This document shows positions 57,167 to 64,000 of a DNA stretch of 64,000 nucleotides, in pieces. Made by a program: the position numbers and the translations under genes. Positions within the stretch are counted from its first letter, which is position 1, and every line of letters starts with the position of its first letter. The notes below the pieces were generated by a model. That model searched no databases, had not been told where the DNA came from, and worked only from the letters and a program-made list of their open reading frames with translations. Source of the stretch: Patescibacteria group bacterium (GTDB lineage: Bacteria > Patescibacteriota > Patescibacteriia > Veblenbacterales > UBA10138); NCBI GenBank assembly GCA_041645215.1, contig JBAZQK010000002.1, positions 15,435-79,434 of the forward strand, in the 5' to 3' direction.

Positions 57167-58030
57167 TTAACGCTTTTTTGCCCAATTAGATATAATTTTA
57201 ACCACTTTATAGCCTAAACCGTCAAAGTTGTGTAATGCGTCCTTAACCACGGCAAATGAGGCGTCAGCGGCCCTTATATGGCCTTTAAACCAGTCTAACA
57301 TAGCACTTGGCTGAATATCGCCATGCTCGTCCTTTTCGGCCAATACAGTGAGAATTGGTACCTTAATCTGGTGTAGTGTTTTAGGTATTACATTCGGTCG
57401 CGCGTAAGTGAACATTTCCTCTTTACTGTCAGGTGTGTGCAGGCTTAAGAAGCGTTGCGCGTCTATGATATAGGGCCAGGCGTTACCGGGCAATAATTCG
57501 TGCGGTCGTTTTTGCTTAACCAATTCGCGAGCAATTTTGGTCGCCCGCCCTAAAACACGCGGGTTAGTAAATTTCTTGGCAGACGAATAATCGCTAAGTG
57601 GGCACAACAGCACTGCGCCCTTAATAGCCGATTGCGGTTTGGCGCGCGCCAGATAATAAATTATTTTTTGACAACCGGTGGAATGCCCGACCAGATAAAT
57701 ATTCTTTACTCCCCGGCTCCGGGCAAAATTAACCGCGCCCTGGATATCGTCCACGCAGTCCGTAAACACCTCGTGCGCCATACCGGCGATTATTGATTTG
57801 CAGCCTTTTTTACTTTTTTTATCAACTGGGTATATCGTGGCGATGATATCATGCCCGCGATTGCTAAAAGTCATCGCCGCCGTACCCTTCCCCACTAACG
57901 GAACTACCAGGTCGTGATTGGAAAAGGCGTTAGCTGTTAAGCCGTGAACAAAAATAAAAAGTTTCTGGGGTTGGCCTGAACCAAACCATAAACCATTTAA
58001 AATATATTTTTTGGGAGTAATTATGTTCAT
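57167..58030 (-). CDS. Alpha/beta-hydrolase (esterase/lipase-like)
   Basis: Nucleophile elbow LVGHSTGCQ (GxSxG). Confidence 0.7.
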   Translation of the reverse strand: MNIITPKKYILNGLWFGSGQPQKLFIFVHGLTANAFSNHDLVVPLVGKGTAAMTFSNRGHDIIATIYPVDKKSKKGCKSIIAGMAHEVFTDCVDDIQGAVNFARSRGVKNIYLVGHSTGCQKIIYYLARAKPQSAIKGAVLLCPLSDYSSAKKFTNPRVLGRATKIARELVKQKRPHELLPGNAWPYIIDAQRFLSLHTPDSKEEMFTYARPNVIPKTLHQIKVPILTVLAEKDEHGDIQPSAMLDWFKGHIRAADASFAVVKDALHNFDGLGYKVVKIISNWAKKR

Positions 58031-58304
58031 AGCGGGATTATAGCAAAATGAAACATATTTACAACCCCGATGTAACCCGACGTAACATTGGGGTATCTGA
58101 TTTTCATTCTCCCAAGCTGTCCGCCCTCGTCCCGCTTAGCGGGACTTCCGCGGATTATGCTCCACGTCATTCATCCCCGCCGAATCGGCGGGGTATTCTA
58201 GCGAAAAATTCCGAGCTTGGCTAAGGGTTGACTTATTTAAATGTTGTGCTAAACTAGTACAAAATAAAAAAAGTATTATTTAAAACTGAATTAAGAGGCA
58301 AACC

Positions 58305-59027
58305 ATGAATCTACCACAATTAATGAAGCATTTTTTTGAACTTTACGGCAAAAGAAACCGTATTTTTCTGGAAAGTCTGCTTAAGCGCATTGTGTTTTTG
58401 AACCTAGCGATTGCTGATTTAGAAGACGCCATTCGTAAACAAGCCGACTTACCCGACTTGGAAACAGCCTTGGCTAGAGTAGTGGCCAGAATTTTTTGTA
58501 TCGCTGATTATTTTGGCGAACTACCCATAAACTTACCGCTGGCGCAGAAATATCCCCAAACTCATTGCAGTTACTGTAAAACTTCCCCTTGCAGTTGTCC
58601 TGAACGAAGGCCTGATTACACACTGGAGAAAATTGAAGCCACCAACGAACAATTATTATGGTCTTTAGGGAAGTGGTGCGAACACTTTAAAAAAGTATAC
58701 GGTTCAAAAAACAAAGCCGAGGGAATAGAAAATTTAATTAGCCGCCTGTTTAAAGAAATAAGCGAACTACTTACTCTAGCCATGAAAACACCCAGCAGGT
58801 TTTCAGCCAATACCACAATTGACGATGTGGAAACGGAATTTTCTAAAGAACTATGCGACGCGTTGGCCTGGACAATAGCCATAGCAAACTATTGGGAAAT
58901 TGATCTTGAAAATTCAGTAATTAAGCGCTATGGCGAAGTGTGCTGGAAATGCCGCAAAAAACCATGTGATTGCACTGAATTCAGTATGGATCAAATTGTC
59001 TGGCCGTCAACAAAAAATTTTTCATAA
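58305..59027 (+). CDS. Tandem all-alpha MazG-like NTP-pyrophosphatase-fold protein with two C-x2-C-x5-6-C-x-C knuckles
   Basis: Two similar halves, each MazG-like helices then Cys cluster (CSYCKTSPCSCP; CWKCRKKPCDCTEF). Confidence 0.35.
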   Translation: MNLPQLMKHFFELYGKRNRIFLESLLKRIVFLNLAIADLEDAIRKQADLPDLETALARVVARIFCIADYFGELPINLPLAQKYPQTHCSYCKTSPCSCPERRPDYTLEKIEATNEQLLWSLGKWCEHFKKVYGSKNKAEGIENLISRLFKEISELLTLAMKTPSRFSANTTIDDVETEFSKELCDALAWTIAIANYWEIDLENSVIKRYGEVCWKCRKKPCDCTEFSMDQIVWPSTKNFS

Positions 59028-59245
59028 AAATAATAAAGCTGAACTTAACGGTTCAGTTTTTTATTATGAAAATCATAACTGTGGCGAAAACCACGGCGGC
59101 CTATACCGGTATATATGAAAAAAACAACAAACCTTGGCCCGATGTTTTTCCATGGCTGTGTGTCTCGATCTAGGGTGGGCATTTCAGGGGGAATTGAAGA
59201 ATTATTAGTGTCCTAAAATGACACACCTTGGTAAAATTAAGTTAT

Positions 59246-59881
59246 CTAATTTTTCCCAAAATATTTTAGATACGCTCCCCAAAACAACCTTAAGTATTCT
59301 TGAAATTTTATTCTAATATCACCAAGATATTCGGTATACGTTCCATCTTTATTTCTATGCTTTATAAGACTTAAAGAAGCAAATGCTCCTGAATCTTGAT
59401 CTATTAAATTAAACCAATGTGCGTCGTGAATAAATCCGTTTCTCATATCATATAATATTTCCCAAAATTCTAATCGAATAGAAACTCCGTTTAAAGGTTG
59501 TACCATTATCGCCTCATTTAAAGTGCTTATATCATTAGATGAAAAATATTTTATAAAATCTTTTATTCTTTCTACTGACTTTGTTTTATCGTTGTTCAGA
59601 TGTTCTATTATAGAAAGAGTTATTTGATACATGAAACCATCAATATTTACAATCGCTTTGTCTCCAGTAATTCTGTAAAGATCATGAACGTAATAAAAAT
59701 AAATCGTATAAAGGAAATCTTCAAATTTATCTTTTGAAATATTCTCTAAAAAAGTGAAGTATTGATCTTCATTAGTAAAATATGCTGCTAAATATCTCCA
59801 ACCTTCTTCTAATATTCTTGGAATTCTACCTATAAATATAGCTCTATCGGTTTTTTCCAATAAAATTTGGGGAACTATCAT
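59246..59881 (-). CDS. Abi_2 (AbiD/AbiF)-like HEPN-motif protein, candidate abortive-infection factor
   Basis: C-terminal MRNGFIHDAHW matching the HEPN Rx4-6H / Abi_2 RNxxAH signature; AT-rich gene. Confidence 0.35.
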   Translation of the reverse strand: MIVPQILLEKTDRAIFIGRIPRILEEGWRYLAAYFTNEDQYFTFLENISKDKFEDFLYTIYFYYVHDLYRITGDKAIVNIDGFMYQITLSIIEHLNNDKTKSVERIKDFIKYFSSNDISTLNEAIMVQPLNGVSIRLEFWEILYDMRNGFIHDAHWFNLIDQDSGAFASLSLIKHRNKDGTYTEYLGDIRIKFQEYLRLFWGAYLKYFGKN

Positions 59882-59955
59882 ATATTAAATCATTAATGCT
59901 GTCACCGCGTCTCCCGCACAAGGCTCGAAAATTTGCTCATGAATTGAGTGATTTT

Positions 59956-60576
59956 TTATGGTTGAACACCTCGGTCAACTAGGATTGCCAAAGATACAAA
60001 CCTTCCAATTAAATCTTCATAGTCCTTAAAAAGGACTGGATAAAAACCAATTTCTTGTGAAAGACGGAGACTTTGTTCACTATCATCGATAAATATCAGT
60101 TCGCTTGGACTAACCCCAAGCTTTTTTATAAACAAATTAAATATTTCGGAACTCGGTTTTTGATAACCAACCTCCGCCGATATAACCACAACATCAAAAT
60201 GCTGGCCAAGTACGTCTTGGCGAATTTTTGACCAATTTTCTGGACTATTGTTACTTAAGAGGCCGGTCTTGTAGCCTAGCGTTCGCAAACGATCAACCAG
60301 TTCCACCATCTTGGGATCAATGTTAGTTTTTTGTTCAGAAGCAATATACTTTAAGACTTCTGCCGACTTTTTTTCTTTTTTCAGTTTTTCAAGTATAATT
60401 CCCCAAAACTTATCATAAGGAACTCCATCAACATTTACTAGACTGTTGTGGTGGAAATACACTTTTTTCAATTCGTCTAAAGGTACTCCAAGAATCTCAG
60501 CGATGCCCGCCATAAATCCAGGTGGTTGGTCGTCTATAACACCTCCGTAATCAAAACCGATCGCACGAATGTTCAT
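59956..60576 (-). CDS. HAD-superfamily hydrolase
   Basis: IGFDYGGVIDD motif I; IFIDDSEQ motif IV. Confidence 0.6.
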   Translation of the reverse strand: MNIRAIGFDYGGVIDDQPPGFMAGIAEILGVPLDELKKVYFHHNSLVNVDGVPYDKFWGIILEKLKKEKKSAEVLKYIASEQKTNIDPKMVELVDRLRTLGYKTGLLSNNSPENWSKIRQDVLGQHFDVVVISAEVGYQKPSSEIFNLFIKKLGVSPSELIFIDDSEQSLRLSQEIGFYPVLFKDYEDLIGRFVSLAILVDRGVQP

Positions 60577-60750
60577 AAAAAAGTATTAACGTATTCAGGT
60601 TTCTTAAGATAACAAGAATTGATGCCTATCCACTCGGGTTAGGTACCCCCATGCTACAGTGTGTTGAGAGGTTTTTCAAGCGTCGTCCAGGGGTTTAATT
60701 TTAGGTACGATGGTCAGGTGATTTTTTGAACGAATCAAAAAGTTTTGAGA

Positions 60751-61284
60751 TCAATTCTGCGAGAGCTGCGAAAGATTGAGGCCAAAGAAAATAAAAATTA
60801 TATAAATAATAATCAAAAGTAGTAGCCCACCAACTATAATAGCAAAGGTTTGATTATTAGTGAGCCTCTCTAAGTGGTTCATTGGAGGCCTTTTAACAGT
60901 ACTCGTTTCTTTTGCAATATTCATCCTCTTATATCTATTATAGATTTCATCAAATTTTGGTTGTACGACTTTCAAATTTAAATATTGAGTAGCTATGCCA
61001 CCATTTTTATAAAGAACAAAAATCTCATCAATACTATAATTAGGATCGTCTATTTGGGGTAACTTAGCTAGTACGCCGACACCTGTTTTTATTTCTATTG
61101 CTTTCATCCCTTCAATTTTATCCAAAACAGCCTTTTCTCCCTTATCAAAAACAAAAGCTTTATGATCTGAATTGTATTTTGATTCTTTCCAATTAATCTC
61201 TTGTGTATTATTAAATAAAAGCCCCTCCTTTATTTTTTGAAGGATTTCCCAAATTTTATTATCGAATTTTTCTTCAGGAGTCAT
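60751..61284 (-). CDS. Hypothetical protein with C-terminal TM anchor
   Basis: ORF; single C-terminal hydrophobic helix. Confidence 0.35.
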   Translation of the reverse strand: MTPEEKFDNKIWEILQKIKEGLLFNNTQEINWKESKYNSDHKAFVFDKGEKAVLDKIEGMKAIEIKTGVGVLAKLPQIDDPNYSIDEIFVLYKNGGIATQYLNLKVVQPKFDEIYNRYKRMNIAKETSTVKRPPMNHLERLTNNQTFAIIVGGLLLLIIIYIIFIFFGLNLSQLSQN

Positions 61285-61320
61285 TTTATTTATATACCTC
61301 GGTCTCTCGATAACATATAT

Positions 61321-61497
61321 TCAAATCTGGGGGACATGGATTCTCCCTCGCTCCGACTCGGGCACCTGGGCGCTATGCACCATCCCGCCATAGCGGGACT
61401 CTCGCGCCCTTCGAATCCATTGTACTACCAATAGATATAAAAAAACAACAGACCAAGGCCTGATGCTTTTTTATGGCTGGGGGACATGGATCCCCGC
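61321..61497 (-). repeat. Two degenerate copies of the tRNA-Gln 3-prime end (CTGGGGGACATGGAT at 61327-61341 and 61483-61497) plus tRNA-like debris downstream of tRNA-Gln(CUG)
   Basis: 15-nt identity with the tRNA 3-prime end at 61698-61712; CATGATTACCGCGTC also recurs three times (61511, 61609, 61719). Confidence 0.6.
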
Positions 61498-61673
61498 CTA
61501 GCGGACGGGGTAAGTCAACTCATGATTACCGCGTCTCCCACACAAGGCTCGGGGGCTTGGATTCGAACCCCCGCAGTAGTCCCGCGGTGCGGGACACTAC
61601 GGGGCAAGCATGATTACCGCGTCCACCCCGCCACAGGCGGGGCAAGGCGCTCGCGTCCTATTCACCCCGCCAA

Positions 61674-62012
61674 TTATATCTGGCTTCTGTTAAAAACTGG
61701 GGGACATGGATTCGAACCATGATTACCGCGTCCAGAGCGCGGCGTCCTACCATTAGACGATCCCCCAGTTTTTAACAGAAACTTTTTAAAGGCGTTACCA
61801 CTATGCCAACTTTTAATTTGTTTTTCTCTTTGACGGGCATCTGTATAGCTTAAGTATTTTTCCGTATAAATCAAGTGCCATGGTCTAAATAATTTTGTCG
61901 ACGTAACTAAACCTTTATTATGTCTAGTTAAACGTAACTTGGGTTCTAACTTAGTTATTCCTATATAGTACCTACCAAAATTATTTCGTAGTATATATAA
62001 ATGACAAATCAT
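61674..62012 (-). CDS. Stand-alone small GIY-YIG nuclease (YhbQ-like); ORF has no stop before reading through the downstream tRNA-Gln
   Basis: YILRNNFGRYYIGITKLEPKLRLTRHNKG...RPWHLIYTEKY...REKQIKSW; domain ends ~61772, C-terminal 30 codons overlap the tRNA. Confidence 0.55.
   Translation of the reverse strand: MICHLYILRNNFGRYYIGITKLEPKLRLTRHNKGLVTSTKLFRPWHLIYTEKYLSYTDARQREKQIKSWHSGNAFKKFLLKTGGSSNGRTPRSGRGNHGSNPCPPVFNRSQI
61698..61767 (-). tRNA. tRNA-Gln (anticodon CUG), no encoded CCA; 13-bp leader/trailer helix
   Basis: Manual fold of reverse complement; anticodon stem CCGCG/CGCGG loop CTCTGGA; flanks TTCTGTTAAAAAC / GTTTTTAACAGAA complementary. Confidence 0.85.
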
Positions 62013-62156
62013 ATAATTGGCGGGACAAGTTAGACCTGTCCCGCTAAGCGGGACGATCTCCCAACACTACCAAAAATTTTAAAAAATGACGCCATAACTA
62101 AAATTAGTGCACCAAATCAATAACGACGCTTATTGTAAATGTTCGCCTATATAAAA

Positions 62157-63707
62157 TCAAACCTCCTCCACCACTCGCCCACCCAAAGTATTAACCACGC
62201 TCGACAATAAATCTCCGGTCGTGCCGCTAGCATTGCTACTAGCCTCCGGTACCACCGGCTCAATTATAAGCTGGGCGCCTAAAATTTCATTAACGACATT
62301 CTCAATCGTCAGTTTTATCTTTTTTTCTTTAACGCGCTCCTGGTGCAACTTATATTGAAACTGAACATAAAGCTTATTCTTTTCCAATTTTATCGGTTTG
62401 GCCACGCTTAAAATAAACGACAACGAGTGGTTGTATTCTTTAATTTTATTTACCACTGTGTCCCATTTGTCAATAATTTCTTGAACGCTCATCTTGCCGC
62501 TAATTTTAGAATCTGCCTCGGTGGCGGCAATTTTAATACCGGTCGCTGGCGGGGGCGGGGCCGCGGGAATTAATGGGGGCTTGAAAGGTACTTGAATTTC
62601 CGCCTCGTTCTTAGTTAGTTCGCACATTTTAATAACCGCTATTTCCAGCGGCAGCTGATAAACTTCGGCCTGGCGCCATTGGCCCTCTATTTCTAACCAG
62701 TCGCTTAACAAATTTTGCAGGCGCAAATAGCTTAATGGCGGCACTAAATTCATTAATTCATCGGCTATTTCATCCTCATATTCCACATTGGCTCCGGTAG
62801 CGGTTTTACCGCCGAGCTTTACCAGCAACAAATGGCGCAGCAATTCCAAAACCTGCTTATAAAAATAATTTATTTCGCCACCGGCGGATAAAAACTTGTT
62901 TATTAATTCAATGGCGGGGCCGGCTTTTTTATTGACAATGTCGGTTACAAATTCCAGCGCGATTTTGATATTGGAGTGAGGTAAAACTATCTGCGCCGCC
63001 TCGGCGGTAATTTTCTTAATACCCAAGCCCAACAGCTTGCCTAAATAACTTTCGGCGTCGCGGCTGGAACCGTTGGCCAAATAAGCCATATCGGTCAAAA
63101 CCGAGTCGGCAATCTCCACTTTTTCCTGACTGGCGATTTCGGCCAAACGTTTTTTTAACAGCGTTACCGATAACCGCTGAAAATCAAACCGCTGACAACG
63201 CGAGACGATGGTGGCGGGCAACTTGTGCGCTTCGGTGGTCGCCAAAATAAAAAAAACGTGAGCCGGCGGCTCCTCCAAAGTTTTTAATAGCGCGTTAAAA
63301 GCTTCGGTGGTAAGCATATGCGCCTCGTCAATAATCACTACCTTGTAGCGCGAGCGGGCCGTGCCATAAGGAACCTTGTCGCGAATTTCGCGAATATCAT
63401 CAATCCGGCGGTTAGAGGCGGCGTCCAGCTCAATTAAATCCAATGATCGGCCAGCCGTAATTTCAACACATGACAAACACTTATTGCAGGGCTCAAAATC
63501 ACCGTCTTGGCGATTTTCACAATTTATCGCCTTAGCGAGTAGCCTGGCCAAGGTGGTTTTACCCACCCCGCGCGTACCGCAAAACAAATAAGCGTGCGCT
63601 AATTTATTCAATTTAAGCTCATTTTCCAGGGTTTGCTTAATATGCTCTTGGCCCGCCACGGCTGCGAATGTTTGCGGACGATATTTACGATAAATAGTTT
63701 CGGTCAT
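62157..63707 (-). CDS. dnaX: DNA polymerase III subunit gamma/tau
   Basis: AAA+ Walker A GTRGVGKTTLARLLA, zinc module CNKCLSC, clamp-loader boxes. Confidence 0.85.
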   Translation of the reverse strand: MTETIYRKYRPQTFAAVAGQEHIKQTLENELKLNKLAHAYLFCGTRGVGKTTLARLLAKAINCENRQDGDFEPCNKCLSCVEITAGRSLDLIELDAASNRRIDDIREIRDKVPYGTARSRYKVVIIDEAHMLTTEAFNALLKTLEEPPAHVFFILATTEAHKLPATIVSRCQRFDFQRLSVTLLKKRLAEIASQEKVEIADSVLTDMAYLANGSSRDAESYLGKLLGLGIKKITAEAAQIVLPHSNIKIALEFVTDIVNKKAGPAIELINKFLSAGGEINYFYKQVLELLRHLLLVKLGGKTATGANVEYEDEIADELMNLVPPLSYLRLQNLLSDWLEIEGQWRQAEVYQLPLEIAVIKMCELTKNEAEIQVPFKPPLIPAAPPPPATGIKIAATEADSKISGKMSVQEIIDKWDTVVNKIKEYNHSLSFILSVAKPIKLEKNKLYVQFQYKLHQERVKEKKIKLTIENVVNEILGAQLIIEPVVPEASSNASGTTGDLLSSVVNTLGGRVVEEV

Positions 63708-63781
63708 AACAAAAATATTGTAGCAACTTAACAGAGTTTAGCAAATAGCCAGCTAGCATGAAGCCGGTAATTTAAGGAGAA

Positions 63782-63826
63782 TTTCAATGAAGCTCCCCCG
63801 CCCCCGCCAAGGCGGGGGCGGGGTAT
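63782..63826. other. Perfect GC-rich palindrome CCCCGCCCCCGCC-AAG-GCGGGGGCGGGG upstream of dnaX
   Basis: Seen directly; 13-bp stems. Confidence 0.5.
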
Positions 63827-64000
63827 AAAGGCGAAATTCTCCTTTAGCCGCTACCTTCCTTACTTAGCTTTGAATTACGAAATACCTTTTTCGCGTCATT
63901 CTGAGGGAGTCGGCGACCGAAGAATCTCGGTATTTTGAGATCCTTCATTGCGTTCCGCTCCGCTACACTTCATTCAGGATGACAGAAAGGTCGCATTTCG

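Noticed and set aside
61500-61650. Additional intact tRNA genes among the tRNA-like debris downstream of tRNA-Gln(CUG)
   Set aside because: T-arm-like TTCGAAT(CC) and anticodon-stem-like segments are present. But no candidate folds into a complete cloverleaf with a paired acceptor stem on either strand, so these are treated as degenerate fragments.
63708-64000. SRP (4.5S) RNA upstream of dnaX, as in many bacteria
   Set aside because: Only a weak GGAAGGTAGCGGC resemblance to the domain IV motif was seen, and the region is truncated by the window edge. The evidence is insufficient.

Overview
The window reads like a small, gene-dense bacterial genome, probably from the Patescibacteria/CPR group. 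That call is inferred from tight or overlapping ORFs, many Nudix hydrolases, a small type IV pilin, a four-helix-bundle protein and a reduced dcw cluster. The first ~26 kb is almost all plus-strand housekeeping: proS, mreBCD-PBP2, greA, lysS, serS, alr-ddl-ftsQ, a nucleotide house-cleaning cluster, and two ArsR regulators each bracketed by palindromes. At 26.4-29.2 kb the dcw cluster is interrupted by a 1.3-kb repeat-rich noncoding tract followed by a LAGLIDADG homing endonuclease and tyrosine recombinase operon. The second half mixes housekeeping genes (gltX, def-fmt, priA-like, dnaX, ppiase, RNase J-like, SDR) with two AT-rich accessory islets. The first (43.6-47.5 kb) carries a methyltransferase, a LOG/NDT-fold protein, a Nudix, a RelE toxin-antitoxin pair, a cytidylyltransferase and a SET-domain protein. 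The second (58.3-61.3 kb) carries a tandem MazG-like Cys-knuckle protein and an Abi_2/HEPN-like protein. The most striking non-coding signals are: (1) a ~166-bp element in three intact copies with 11-13 bp perfect terminal inverted repeats (TAGGACTTACG), perfect 5-bp target-site duplications and compensatory base changes in internal helices, i.e. a structured MITE or ncRNA family; (2) a second nested palindromic element family with CCCGTTAG termini and 5-7 bp flanking duplications, one copy carrying a degenerate GIY-YIG ORF; (3) two oppositely oriented tRNA-Gln genes near the window ends, each trailed by tRNA-fragment repeats; (4) a 33-bp duplication of the lysS 3-prime end bracketing an 0.8-kb two-gene insertion. 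No rRNA, CRISPR array or cas genes were seen.
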